From Pseudogymnoascus verrucosus (taxonomy: Eukaryota), in the NCBI GenBank assembly GCA_001662655.1, contig KV460234.1: 64,000 nt of DNA. One strand, 5' to 3'. Positions 35,417 to 49,079 of this stretch are shown piece by piece (the first letter of the stretch is position 1; each line of letters opens with the position of its first letter). Below the pieces are notes generated by a model. It worked only from the letters and a program-made list of their open reading frames with translations, searched no databases and was not told the DNA's origin. The position numbers and the translations under genes are program-made.

Positions 35417-36262
35417 AACAACAACATCCAAAGAAATATTCCTACAACGGAATCTTATACCGTCCCCAAGTCGGAAATTGAGGTGCTATCTCAAGAAATC
35501 AATGACGACTTTGGGTCCTATCGCATACGGGCCGGACAAAGAGTTCACTATGTGACAATTCCAACTAACGTCTTTGATGATGACACAATGTGTCGTCCTC
35601 ACCTGCTCATACCCCAACTACCCAACTTTCCAGGCAAGAATTGGACAACCATGGAAGTGACCCGCAAGCCAGACGGCCCCTTGGAATCCAAACTCTCACA
35701 TGAGCCCTTGCCAGCCGTACGGATGACATGGCATCCGAAGACCATCGACTTGCTCTCTTTAGAGAAAGTCAAACAGCACCGATCTGGAGTCCACGAAGTA
35801 CTATATTCGGGCCTTCCAGCCATTTGCAAAATTGCTTGTTTCGGTTGGCAAATTCCTAGAATCGAGCACGAGACCTACACATACTCAGCAGTCGAAGAGT
35901 ACCGCCAGCCCCCAGATCCGGTCATCGCTCCTGCTTTTTTAGGCCATGTGACGGAGAATGGACGAGTAATTGGGATGCTGCTTGAGAAATTAAAGGGCGA
36001 TTCCGCGTCGACGGATGATCTACCAGCATGTACAAAAGCCCTGGGGAATTTTCATCTCATGAATACGGTTCATGGAGATGTTAACCGCTACAATTTCATC
36101 ATTGATCGGTCGAAGGAACCTGTGCATGTTCGGCTCGTCGATTATGAACATGCGGAACCATATGAGGAATCAAAGGCGCCTGAAGAGCTCCAATCATTGT
36201 TGTTGGAGCTGGCAGAAACGACTGGGAGAGGTGGATCGGTTGTAATAGTCGGTAGTTCTTGA
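35417..36262 (+). CDS. Protein-kinase-like (APH/Kdo-type fold) fungal protein; start uncertain (possible ATG at 35376 via a very short intron)
   Basis: AICKIA (VAIK-like), VHGDVNRYNF catalytic loop and RLVDYEHA (DFG-like) motifs. Confidence 0.7.
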   Translation, partial: NNNIQRNIPTTESYTVPKSEIEVLSQEINDDFGSYRIRAGQRVHYVTIPTNVFDDDTMCRPHLLIPQLPNFPGKNWTTMEVTRKPDGPLESKLSHEPLPAVRMTWHPKTIDLLSLEKVKQHRSGVHEVLYSGLPAICKIACFGWQIPRIEHETYTYSAVEEYRQPPDPVIAPAFLGHVTENGRVIGMLLEKLKGDSASTDDLPACTKALGNFHLMNTVHGDVNRYNFIIDRSKEPVHVRLVDYEHAEPYEESKAPEELQSLLLELAETTGRGGSVVIVGSS

Positions 36263-36833
36263 AACCACTTATTGCCACGCTCCTCATCTTCGGACCAGTC
36301 AGGTCGTGCTAAAGGTGATGACGAATCCCGGCCGATTAGCAGATTAATTGAAGCGGGCCCTGTATGTTTTGCTGTTTAGCTTGCGGCAGTGGGATCTGTG
36401 TTACTCTTGCTTTTAAGAACTAAAGTGAAACTTGGTATTCATTCGGTCCGTTAACTCTCCTTCACCTCTTCATGTAGGCTAAAGAATTCCTCTGCGAATA
36501 ACGAAGTGATCTAAGGTTACTTGATTAATAGCTTACCACTCAAATAAATGTCTCAGTTCCTGCATAGTATACCCATCGTTTAAAACCGTCATGATTACGT
36601 CGACCACCTCCCAAGGTCTAAACCAAGCCAAGCACAATTGTATGCTCTTAACTTCGGACTTCAAAACAGTTTATCGACAGGAGATCTAAAATGTAGCTTT
36701 ATAGTTTCTAGTAACGTTTTCCATTGACAAGTAACAGAATAATCAGAATAATATTCCCTAGTTGTAATCGCCCACATCCAATTATTAAATCCAAATTACA
36801 CAACTTCAATCTCCCCCGTCAGACTTGACCTGC

Positions 36834-38097
36834 TTAAGACATGAAACCAGCCTTCCCATCCTTGTTAGAATCCTTCATGGGGTTCAGCTTGTCAATGAGA
36901 CTGGGCTTCTTTCCCTGCTGGTGGGCACCCGACTCCTCGCCTCTCGCGCCGCTGCTCTCTCCGCTCCTGCTCCCTGTCAGCTTGTTCATGCCGGGAATCT
37001 TGTTGGCCGCAGTCTGGGCAGCCGAGCCACCGAGTCCTCCACCGCCACCAGAACCAGCGCCTACGCCTGCAGCTGCACCAACGCCGCCGAGTCCGACTGC
37101 GCCGGCACCCGCTGCAGCGTTGCGGTTCGTCGTGCTAGACGTGGTGGTGGTATCGTAACCGCGCTGGGTAGAGTCGGTAGTGTCATACTGGCTGCGCTGC
37201 GCCGTCTTACCAGCGCCTGTGGACTCGTAGCGTCCGGAAGTACCATAGTCGTATTCTTCGTTGTATCCGGTCCTTCCGCCGGCGCTGGTGCCACCGATGC
37301 CGCCGCCGGTAACAGAAGTTGTATGGGCAGCGCCTGGGCCACCTAGGACGTTGTTGTGCTTCGAGTCAGTGACAGCATCGTCAATGGAGCGTGGGGCACC
37401 GCTGAAAGAGTCCACGCGCTCCTCGCGACCATTGAGGGTGCCGCCCTGGCGTTGGAACTCAGCGAGCGTCACTTCTGGAAGAGACGAGGCAGAGTGATGC
37501 TTGGCCTCATTGATGTGAATCTCGTGGATAGGGAACGTGTTGTGGATAACATGGGGCTCGAGGATATCCCTCTCGACAACAGGCTGGATAGTCTCGTGAA
37601 CATCTATGCTTATTAGTACGGAATTAGGCCGGGTATGACCTTGGTATTTGCTTACGATGATGGATATGCTCTCCAGCAACAGTGGGGCCAGTCGAGGTTG
37701 TGGTGCGAGTTTCAGCAACATCACGAGTATTACGGAACTGGGCACGCTCGGCGGCTAGACGCTCAAGCACGTGCTTCTCGTTGCCATGCTTGATCTCATG
37801 AGTCTCAACGGGGGCAATGTTGGTCTCATGGGTCTCTGGCAAGATTTCCTGGTCGCGGACAGGCTGGATCGAAATGTGGTGGTGGTCTTGGTGGACCTCC
37901 CTGTCAATGATCTTTTGTCTCTCCTCGTGGTTGGTTCTTTGGACGTGCTCCCTTATAACGGCCGGGTTAATGATCTCGTGGACCGTCGTGTCGGCTTGGC
38001 CATCTCTTCCCAGGAAGGAGGTGATGGTCTCCTTGGTCTTGCCCGTGGGGTCACCGTGGCTGATGTGGTGAGTGCTGGACTGAGTATCGAGCTGCAT
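36834..38097 (-). CDS. His-rich hydrophilic fungal protein (allergen-like family) with Gly/Thr-rich tail
   Basis: Exons 38097-37656 and 37603-36834 join as GEHIHH/HVHETIQP. DTTVHE, REVHQDHHH and C-terminal KPSLIDKLNPMKDSNKDGKAGFMS motifs. Confidence 0.8.
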
Positions 38098-39301
38098 CTT
38101 GTTCTTGGACGTACTAAATTGGGTGTTTTAATTTCAAAGGAATATGGATTTAAAGAATTAGGATAAGTTGAGGAAGGGACCTGATATAAGGCAATAGGCA
38201 TCTGTGGAGCTTTCTCCTGGTCTATGGATAGTGTATTCATCATTAACGCCCCTGGCTTGGGGTAGTACTAATGCGGAGAATTGCACTAAATCATAGGGAC
38301 CTTTTGAAGATATCATGATGACGACAGGAAGGAAAAGGGTAGAATAAACGAAAGGGAGCATGTCGAAACAAGCTGCTAGCTGTATTCCAAAGTAAAACCA
38401 AGTCCAGAACTATGTGAACCAAGGTTACACTGAGACATTCGTGCACTCACATCTCGTAATCTGCTCTAGGAATTCAAGTTTTCAAGAGGATGCCAAACTT
38501 TCTCAGGGACATTATGAGCTTAGATGTTTACATTGTTCCGCACGCCGAGAGAGATTCCCGTGACTCCAAAGAGTGCGGTCTGATTAAGGTCGAGCACCTG
38601 TTCCGGATGTGGTTAGATTTTAGCATGGTTATGTAGAATTCGTCATGTGACTGCACGACTTCCAGCCGAAAAAATGCACTGTTTATCGACATCAGAGATC
38701 AGAATGCCTCTTTACTCTATAACTTTTCAACGTCTCACATCATCAGCATGTCCATGTATGTTACCGCATTGAAACGACTTCACTAAAAACAGGTTTAAAT
38801 TGTGGGTATTTCGCCCCTTTCGAGGGCAATTGAGCTAATGTCAACCATAGATCCTTTACTAATTGACCTGCCCTAGTCCTCCCCAGATCCAAGTTCCATG
38901 ATGGAGTTCAATTAAGGGCAACTGAGTTGGGTGGGGAAGAGCTACTGGTCGCTAATTATGGCCCTTAGATATTACCATCGCTTGTTGTGGCGCTGACCAC
39001 AAATCGTTAATTCCGATGACGCATCCGACTGCTCATGATCTAACTAAATGATATATACTGACGACATTTTTCAGCCAACAATGTGAGCCTTCTGTAAGAA
39101 ATGCCCTATCATTGTGATGATATCTAGCATCTAATGTACGATGTCCATACTTTACAAATGCTCACATCATGTGATACTCGCGCGACTGCCCATAAACCCG
39201 AGCGACTGCTCGTATTATCACTTCCCCACAACATCTCGACATAATTCCAATTCTTATAGCATCTTGAAGCTTCACTAAATCAACTGCTTGAATATACGAA
39301 C

Positions 39302-42300
39302 ATGTCGTCTGAAATCCCAGTCAGATCCTACCTGTCGGGCACCACCGACAGATATTCGGAGTCTCCATCCTACACTGGCACATTTACGTCAGACCAGTCT
39401 CCATATTCAAAGAGGTCGGATGGCGTCGCTTCAGCGGCGGCAATGGCTGCCGTCTCAAGACAGCCTTCCGAAAGATCTAATGCTCCGACTCCTATTACAG
39501 TAAATAAATATCAATATCGACCCCGTAAAACCCCACTTACGCCACCAATTTCACCAACTCAGGCTTCCCAACAATATGTGAAGAATCCAGAAAAACAAGA
39601 ATGGCCCGTTGAAAGGTACTTCACTTCCCCAAGGGAACCACCTTCACCACCAAGACACGAGTTGAATGGTACGTGCACTTTGCAGATCTGTCTATATAGG
39701 TTTTTAATAGTTTTCCAGGCCAAGAATCAGAGTCCAGATACCACGTAGACAGTAACAATATTGTGTTTCCGAAGACCCTGCGGCACCAACAAGACACGGA
39801 GGCCCCTCTTACTGAGAGCCCAACGAAATTTGGGTTTCTAAGGAGGTCTTTGACCGGAAAGAGGCAGACTTCTCCATCGCCACCCCGACATGAATTTAAT
39901 GGTATGTAGATTCCACCCGACAATCATACGCGCAGATATTAATTAAACTATAGTCTCCGAACCTGCGTCTACCTATCACACAGCCAGTAATAATATTGCA
40001 TTTCCAAAGACGTTACGACGCCAACAGGAACAGGATGTGCCTCGTGCAGAAGCGCCATCTGCGCAGCAAGCTGAAAGTCAACCTTCCAAACAGGGGTTTT
40101 TTAGAAGATCTTTAACGACGAAGAGGCAGCAGCCTCGGGCGGTATCCCGGGACGAACTACACGGTACGTGAAATTCCGCAATATTTGTTTTATGAATCAT
40201 TTCTAAATATGCCTTAGGTGAGGAGGAGGAACCCAGATATCACAGAGAGAGTAACAATATCTTCTTCCCGAAAACATTGCGGCAACCATTGCAAGAGCCA
40301 GAAAAGACTACGGAGGCACCCCAGGCCGGGGGAATGCCACCAAATCCGCCTAGCAATATGCAGCGTGTTGGCGGCATGCAGCAGCAGCCGCCTCGCTCAC
40401 CAGAAACTTATCGGACTTCCCCTTCCCTCGGTAGGCAAGTCGGGTCTCCCGCCATGGGTAGGCATACTGGGTTAGCAAATAAGACATTGCGGCGCTCGAG
40501 GCCGCAACAGCAGCCTCAACCAAGACCCCAGTCTAGTTACATGCCACTTTCGGGAAGGAGCCTCCGGCCGGAGGAATCAAGGGGTCTGGGACCTAGGTCC
40601 ATGCAGACAGCACCTCGCGAGATACCGCGGCCCACCAACATGGCTGAAATAACACCATCGGCATATGAGCAATTCCAAGGGGAAGAGGGCCGTCCTCGCA
40701 GAACAGTGACAACAGATGTCCGAACTACTCAACTTCCTGGTAAGGGTTTTTTCTAGCTACAAAGTTATCATTGCTAACCAGAGCACAGCTGTGACACACG
40801 AACATATCAAGCCAACAGCACACCACATCAACACTAAGGAATACACTCGGGAAATTCACAACCATGATGTGTACAATCGCATCCTACCAGTTAGGGACAC
40901 TGAAGTACGTCCGACTAGGCATTTTGCTCCTTCCCCAACAGAATCTGGGAGGCTAGTTGAGATCCCAGCTCCGGACGAGAAGCGCGGTGGCGCCCAAGCT
41001 ACAGTAGCCCCAATCAGTATGGAAATGGCAAGCAATACAACCTGTACCAAAGATGTCTCGGCAAGACTTCATGACCCGAGCGACAATACAATTCCATTTC
41101 CCTCCGTTACGCATCAATCACAGGAAGAGGCCCTAGCTCTATCTCGGCAGCATAACCTTGAGATGGAGCAGCAAGGGCGTCAACTAGTAAGCGAAAAATC
41201 TTACACCTTGCCTGATGGTACTATGCGGACGGAGAGTGTATGGCGGTATCAACCTACGATGAAAGCCCCAGTTCAGGAGATAACTGAGACTATTTCACGT
41301 CCACCTGGTGCGGCCCGACCTATGTCACCCGCGATAGCTGATAGGGGTGGACAGAGGGCTGCTCCTAGCCGCGCCCCAGGACCGTCGGACTATACCATTG
41401 GAAAAGGCCGACAGGAGCAGTTTCATCCGTCAGTCGTGTCCGAATGGGACCAAGTGTCAAAGCCCAGCCCGTCTCCTAGTGTAAAGGCACAAGCAGCTCG
41501 CGGCTATGCACGTGGTATCCCAGATGAAACTGGTGTACAGGACTATCGACGAGGGAAGGAACAGTATACTGAAACTGAGCCAATAAGCCAGCGCCCTGCT
41601 CGGCCGTCCCCTTCTCGCGCCAGTCCAAAGCCCGGCAATCAACGTTCATTGCTTTCTGCTATTACTAGCACCGTAATGCCACAGAAGACGGTCCATCGTG
41701 GGACGCCACAGCCACCAGGCCAGTTCGAAGATCTAGACAGTGGCTCGGATTACAGCTCAGTACAATCTGAGCAACCCACTCCTACTGCCGCCCCTGAAAA
41801 GAAACGCAGGCCTTCTGGAGAGTTACTCCCTGGTGGAATCTGGCGCCGCCATTCCCTTGTCATCCCAGCGGGTATTGTCAGGAATGGGAACTCGCTTATG
41901 GGAGCTGGAATGCTAATGGCAGATCGCGAAAGGGAAGAGGAGTTAGCTATGCACCGCCTGAAAAAAGCTTCCAAGGCTGAAGCAGATCGGGTCAGCGCCC
42001 TGGAGGGCGGGCCACCAAGCCTTCAGAATAAGCATGAGATGGAGAAATTGACAAGGCGTAAAACTGAGGAAAGACAACGCGAGGCAAGTCTTAACGAGGA
42101 TATACAAAAACTACTCGTGGCCGAGGCGACACTGGAACAAGAAAGGGTCGGGGCTAGTAAGCTTGATGAGGGTATCAGTAAGCTTGAAAGACAGGCGGAT
42201 GAAATTATCAAGAAAGAGGACGAGCTTGAAGCCGAAATTGATGAAAGTAGGCGTCGGCGCATCTCCCTCCTCAAGGAGGCAGAGTCAGAGCATCAGAAGG

Positions 42301-43010
42301 CCCAGGCGCTCCAAAGCTCCAAACAAAGAGGGGTACGCGAGCCTAGTCGTGTTTTACAGGCTCACAGACGTCGACGCTCAAGCCTCCTCCATCATGCCGA
42401 TGATGAGCAGCAGAGAACCATCAGTCTTCAAGAGAAAAAAGAGGATACCTTGGCAAAGATGGATCAAAGAAATGCAAAGGCCAGACAGGACCTTGATACC
42501 ACACTCGACGAGGCCGTGCTCGCGGATGAAGGACGCCAAGAAGAAGTGCAGGTGAATAAATTCCTAAGCGACGAGGTCCAAAAGCAGAAGCAAAAGGAAA
42601 ATCTTGCGCGGCAAGGGAAGGCCCCGGCAGCGAAGGGGTTTACCATGGCTCCTCCCAGTTCCGACTTGCAGGGCACGACCCACTACGATTCGAAGTATCA
42701 TGCCACAGAGCCAGAGGCAGAGGATTCGGGGTGGACTGAGGTTGTGAAACCCAGGCATGGGCATGCAAAAGAGGCAGCTAGGGGAAATGGGACTCAAAAA
42801 CTTCCTGCCCAGCGTCAGAATGGTTCAACAAATCATAATGGACAGGCGAAGAGAGGCATTTCAACAGTTCAGCAGAAACTGCCAAGTCCGCCGAATACCC
42901 AATTGCCCCAGCCACCAGGGAGCGTGGGTACAGGATACGGGGCGCCTGGAGGCAGTAGCAGCTCGCAACCGCGTAGCTGGGCCAATATTGCGGCATCCAG
43001 GCCTCTTTGA
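39302..43010 (+). CDS. Large hypothetical protein with duplicated exon modules, a His-rich motif and a coiled-coil region
   Basis: Exons 39302-39668, 39719-39901, 39954-40163, 40218-40739, 40789-43010. All introns are phase 1 with GT-AG ends and the spliced frame is open throughout. Confidence 0.8.
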
Positions 43011-43319
43011 AAACGGACTGGGATGAAAAAGGTAAGTCAACAGGACGAACAAAATATAAAAACAGCTTCTATAGTGCATTATCTATCACATATTATACAC
43101 AAAAAAAAAACCATGACAATTCAGCATATCAGTATTTTTCGCATTACAAGTATAGATAGTGATTGCTTTGATTATATACGTAAAACATAGACTCCAAAAC
43201 CCTCGATATGATATCTTTACCGGCCCCTATATCCCAACATATCTCCATCCCTTGCGTCCAAATATCCCATTCAACGCCAGTCCCGCCGCCGTGAGGCTAT
43301 CATAACCATATAATCATCC

Positions 43320-46300
43320 CTACATTGACACAAGCCCCTTAATGCTTTTAAATCCTCCGGTTCCGCCTTTCTTGTCCTTTTTGTTATGCGTTGGACTTTG
43401 CGATCCTGATTCTGCCTCACTCTCTCTCCGTTCCTTCTCCTTCTTCTCCTTTTCTTTCCGTTCCTTCAAGCCAGAGTTCTGTACGCCACCTAAAGAAGAC
43501 CTGTCAGTTTCCATGCGACAGTCAAATTACCAGCGGACAGCTCAAACGTAGGAAGGAGGGTATGATATCGTTGGAGACCATGCTTTAGCTGAGAAAAATT
43601 AACCAGTGGTGCTTACCTCGTCCATATGCCCGACGCTCAGGCCTAGGCTTTGGCATCTCTGCTTCAGCACCATTGTCCAAACTACCACCTTTGAACAGTG
43701 ATCTTGGATCAGAATGGGTACTACTGCCCGTCCTTGTCGGAATCATCACAGACCCCGTGGCTGCTGACATCTTTCTCTGTTCATCAGGCGAAAAACTGCG
43801 TTGGCGACTGCCATCATCGGCCCCTCGATGACCTAGCCTCTGTGGGTCCTCGCTATCTCGTCGCGGCTGCCTATGTGGCATATTTCGAGTATCGGTGGGG
43901 CTACGACTCTCGAAGCTCTCGATTTCGTCGGAATCGCCCAGTAAAGGACCGGGGGTGCTATGCTGTTCTTGTAGCCGCAAGTAGTCCTCCTGCAAACTAG
44001 TGTATCGCCTCAGGAGGTGCGTGTGCGCTTTGTGGACCTCAGCAAGTCGCAACTTCGACGCCGCTAGCGCACTATCAAGCATCATCTTAAAGTTTTGAGT
44101 CGCCGTGCTATGCGCGTTCTGCGCGACGTCTTTCATATGGAGTTTCAGGTCCTGAATCTCCGCTGCGTTAGCCCGTTTCGTTTTGAGCAGTTCTTCCTCG
44201 CGTGCGGAGAGCTGCATGTTGAGAAGCTCGATTTTCGAATTCGCTATATTTTCACGTGCTTTGACATCCTCCATCTCACTCTCTTGATTTTGGAACTCGC
44301 GGAGATGCTCAGTCAAGCGATCGACATCTGAACGGAGTTTAGCGAGGTCGTCAAGTTCGATTTTAATCGCCTGGAGCTTCCGGCTTGATTCCATTTCGCG
44401 CGCCTCGCTTTTGATAACTAGTTGTTTTAGCTCCTCGCTGTTTTCTTTCGACTCTTGGAGATCGCGTCGTAAGAGCTCGCCCTCAAGAAGCCATTTCTTT
44501 TGTTCTTCTTTTATTGCCCGCAGTTTCGCTGATAGGTCCTGTTCCCATTTCTTTGATTGGGCTCTACTCTTGTCGGACTCTTTCTTGGTTTGCGTAGTGA
44601 GATTCTTGGCCTCCTCGAGCTTGCCCTTCAAAATCTTGTTGGCATTGATGAGATTTTGCGTTTCAGCTTCGACAGTCGCTTCACGGACTTGCATCCGGCG
44701 AAGTTGGCCAATGTGCGATAGATGCTGCTGCTTGAGATAGCGCTCAAAGTTAAGATCATTACGCAAGAGCATAATTTCGCGGCGGAGGAACGCCATGTTG
44801 GTGGTGTCTCCCAGAGATGGCCTTAATGATGGTGAGCGAGGAGGCAGTTGGGCGAGAGACTGCAGATATGTATCTACATTAGCTGAGGAATCGGTATTTC
44901 CCCCCACGGAAGATAAAGTGGTGGAGCTTTCGTTTGGCAATGACTGGTGCAAACCTCGGTGGAGTGATTGCTGAGAATTGAGAATATCGTGCAGCGGCGA
45001 CATTCCACGTTGGTTTAATATCCCGGGGCTGTCAGAACGTATATCTTGGATTTGATTCGTCGCTATGTGGACATCAGAAGATACCGAAGGATTTGCCCTC
45101 GAAGTTAATCTTCCCAGCGCGCTCAATTCAGGTGGGCCGCCCCCTGAACTCGGTGTTTCATGTGAGCGCCGCTGAGCTAGCAGTGCCTCTTCGGAATCCG
45201 TTTGGGTAAGCAGCGTCTGAGTTGGAATATCTTGGTTGCTGTCGCGGTTTGGTAAACTAGAAAACCTTGTCATAGGAGGGGCGCTACCCGATCCATGATA
45301 GACAGGTACACAGAGAGACATGCAGAAGGTGACCACATCAGATGCAGCGCTATTCATCCATCTATGGGCATCCGTAAGTTCAGACTCGATAGTTAGAGAG
45401 AAAAAGTTGGGGTGAAGTAAATGCAACTCTCTGAAGGGTTCAGATCGCTTCCGAATTTCGTTCGGCTCCACGTCGATATCATCTGCTCCTGGGAAGTTGG
45501 CGTGTCTGAGATATCGGCTTGGCTTTCTAATGTAACTCATGAAATTGATAGGGTAGAGCCCGTACAAGAATGTAAAATAATGTAACAATTCGGGCAATGT
45601 CTCGTCGTCTGATTGAAAGGAATACGACAGCTTCTCCCACGGAACCTTCTCTTCCTGTCCTTTCTCAGATGATTCGGGGTTGTCATTTTGTTCGTTAGAA
45701 TCTAGCCTCAATCTTGGGGACAAGGCTCTTTCTCTTTCCCAAAACAGCATGCGGGTGTAAATATTGAATAGCGAAGGGAGGTGCTTCCCAGTCGAGACAG
45801 GTATATGTGGTAAGATCATAGTCAGAGCTGTCATTGCTAGAGCAACAACAGTGGTTGAGGTATCGATTTGTAGGCACCGAAGAAGGTTATCGAATAGTGG
45901 GGTTTGCAAGAGAAGATGTAAATGAGGCGGGCCATGGCGAATAAATTCGCTGAGAAGAGACAAAACTTGGCCACGGTGCTCTCGTTTGATAAAGTACTTA
46001 TCTATAGCCGTAAGGAGGATCTATTACGCAGTTAGTGCCTATCGTAAAGGACCGGTTAGGTAACTGACCTGAGGTCTCTTCTGTCCAAATGCTAAGAGAA
46101 GGGATTTAATTTGCTGGTCAAGATAGTGTGCCATGGCGTCTGCCTCGGTTGTCGCAACTCTAGATTGATTAAGCCATACCCCCAAGACTTTATCTGACAG
46201 CATGGTGCAGGTCTCTCGTACTGCCTCGATCCTCGCGCTGTCACCATCGTCGGCCTCAAATAACAAAATGTCGAGCAGAAGCTGCCGGGTCTCTCTTGCC

Positions 46301-46686
46301 AATCCCTTCCCGTCCCCAATATTCCCCAGTACCGGTACTACAAACATCTCCCACCATTGCAACCACTGAGTTGCACTCCTAATGGCAGGTATTAACTCCC
46401 GCAAAATAGCGATGAAGATTGAGTAGCGTTCAGGCTTATCCTGAGCTTGCTTTTGCCAAATCGACAGAAGCTCCTCTTGGAGCTTCTGTGAGTCGCCATC
46501 TTCAATCGGTAGGTGCTTATCCAGATATGCTTGGATGTGGTCGATCAGGTCATTTGACAGAGGAAGGATACCGCTTGAGACCTGGTTATGGATTGACTTC
46601 ACGACATCTTTCAAGGATCTAAGGGGTTCGTTAGCATCGCTCTCACAGCCAAATCAAGCGCCTATCCTGACATACCCAGACGACAT
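43320..46686 (-). CDS. TSC1: Hamartin / tuberous sclerosis 1 homolog
   Basis: Exons 46686-46676, 46618-46069, 46020-43617, 43489-43320. Motifs YFTFLYGLYPINF, HLLHPNF and LRNDLNFERYLKQQH, followed by a long coiled coil. Confidence 0.92.
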
Positions 46687-47379
46687 CCTAGCTATGGGCT
46701 TGGTCGTTGGCCCAGGTCAATGGTGATAAGGTAATCGCAAGGGATCGTCAGTCCTCAGACTCTAGTAGGAAGGGGGCTGCTCCCGTCACAGCGGAAGCAA
46801 TTTATGACATTTGGCGTTGACGAGATCCTCGTCTGGCGAAAGGTTTGGCTTAGGTTTGCTACTGTCGCTGTTTTGGAGGAAGTTTGGGAGATCTTTGGGT
46901 TGTGCAGCCTCGCGGAAGGGTTAATGTTGTTGCGTTAATCTGCGCTCCTCGTCGTTTTACTCGGTACAAAAGATAAGGACGTGATACATGGCTAATCGCA
47001 TCATATCCTCTTATCTTTTCCAGAGACCGTTATCTCACCTGCCTAGCAAAATACCCTGCTCATACCAATATTCATCTATTGATTCTACGAACGCGATAAC
47101 GATATTTGCTTATTTCGGAATATATAAATATAAACCAGGCCAAAAACCCAGCCAGGTATTCCACGTCACACATCCCTGGGATGCTTATGTAATGAAGAGG
47201 GCGTCATTCAAAATGCATCCACTAGCCGAGTCCTCTTTGGGAACTGAACTTCGAGCCTCGGCAACATCATCAGCCTCGTGTGAACGACCGGCCCGCATAT
47301 GCCCTTGCACTTCTTTATTTCACAATTCAACCACGATTCCTCCAACGACCGCTGAAACACCTCCTCCCGATGCTCCAAA

Positions 47380-48666
47380 ATGGAGTTTATGTCGGCCCTC
47401 CAGGGCACCTTCGATGACCACAAACCTTCGCTCTTTGAGCTCCTCTCCGAACAACAACTCGCCTCTCTCATCCCGCCGTCACTCCGCTATCTCCTCACCA
47501 TCGCCACCCACCGTCACCCACGCTATCTCCTGCGTGTTCTGAACTCTTTCGATGAGTTATACGCATTATGTATGCTCATTGTTGAGCGGCATTTCCTAAA
47601 AACCCACGGCGGTGGATTCACCGAGAACTTCTATGGCCTCAAGCGTGAGAAAGCGCTACGGGGCGAGGTGCCGCGGGCACAACTCGGCGCACCGGCCCTC
47701 GTGAGGGAATCTCTGAAGCTCTCCGAGAGAGATATATGGAAGAACCTGGCTGTGATGGTCGGGTTACCATACCTAAAGGCGAAGCTCGACGAAAGCTACG
47801 AAATCAATGCGCCGCGAGCGCTCCTCGGTTCGGCATATACGCAGATGCCGCAAAACCCAACACTCAAACAACGATTTATGCATTATTACCGCTGGTTCTT
47901 ACGGAATATATACCCAAGTGTAAATGCTGCATACTACTTCTCAATGCTGGCATTTAATTTGGCATATCTATTTGACAATAGCAAGTTTCACTCACCATTT
48001 ATGTGGCTTATTGGCACACGAATGAGGCGCCTTGGTGAGGCCGATTATAGGGCAATTGCCGCACTGAACGACCCGCCCAAACGAGGACCAGGCGCCAGGC
48101 CAGGGACGACGTCGATATTCAACCCGAGGACACTATACCCGAGGTTATTGTCGAGCATGAGTATACTGCTACCAACCAGCATATTCGCCTTAAAGTTTTT
48201 GGAATGGTGGTATGCATCCGATTTTGCGCGACAACTAAGCAAAAAGGCCAGCGAAAGTTTGGAGCTGCCACCGCCCATAATTTCGGGGATCAACAGCGTG
48301 GCTCTTGGACGGAAGACCCCAGCAACTTCGTCGAGTGCGGATACGAAAGACACAGAGCCTTCTGATGTCCCTGAGAACCCGCCCATTGCCGCTTTATCAT
48401 TGCTGCCGATCTATACTGTCCAGCTTCCAGAAGGCTCAGATTTATGTCCTATATGTGAAGAGGATGTTGAGACGCCAACAGCATGCCAAACCGGGTTCGT
48501 GTACTGCTACACGTGTATACATAAGTGGGTCAATGGAGATCATGAAAAACAGGAAGAGTTTATGGCTGGTAAAGAAGGGAAGTGGGAAAGTGGGCAGGGC
48601 CGATGCGCTGTCACTGGAAGGAGGGTGTTGGCTGGAACTGATGGGCTGAGGAGGGTGATGGTATAG
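47380..48666 (+). CDS. PEX12: Peroxin 12 (RING peroxin)
   Basis: Motifs [18 protein letters not shown] and [10 protein letters not shown], plus degenerate RING CPIC...[11 protein letters not shown]...GRCAVT. Confidence 0.95.
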   Translation: MEFMSALQGTFDDHKPSLFELLSEQQLASLIPPSLRYLLTIATHRHPRYLLRVLNSFDELYALCMLIVERHFLKTHGGGFTENFYGLKREKALRGEVPRAQLGAPALVRESLKLSERDIWKNLAVMVGLPYLKAKLDESYEINAPRALLGSAYTQMPQNPTLKQRFMHYYRWFLRNIYPSVNAAYYFSMLAFNLAYLFDNSKFHSPFMWLIGTRMRRLGEADYRAIAALNDPPKRGPGARPGTTSIFNPRTLYPRLLSSMSILLPTSIFALKFLEWWYASDFARQLSKKASESLELPPPIISGINSVALGRKTPATSSSADTKDTEPSDVPENPPIAALSLLPIYTVQLPEGSDLCPICEEDVETPTACQTGFVYCYTCIHKWVNGDHEKQEEFMAGKEGKWESGQGRCAVTGRRVLAGTDGLRRVMV

Positions 48667-49079
48667 AACTTGGTGCGATAGAACTCGCTGAATTGCCTGT
48701 ATATTTCCCCAGCGACAGGAGTTTGGGCTTGATGATATTTTATAAGAAGGGGTACAGACTGTATGTACTATATTTATAACCCATCAGAGTTGAATATTTG
48801 AACCCGTCCGACGGCACGTGACACCAAATTTCCACGCCTGCGCTGTAATTCTATTGAAATTGACAGATGGATTATACATTCAAGTTGATATCACAATTTT
48901 CCCACTGTAGATTGTATGTATATTTTCTAGTTATATATGTTAGTTTCGCAATATCACATGGCGGTTGGCAAGGCTGAAAATCCCAATATATAAGCGCGCC
49001 TCCGCGGCTAAAAAATCCCAAGCGCCGCCATCTCTGGACCTCAATCCATCTCAATCCATCCTCACTCAACATCACCGCA

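Noticed and set aside
19983..46686. TAP42 and TSC1 (both TOR pathway) near each other
   Set aside because: More than 20 kb apart with unrelated genes in between; probably chance.
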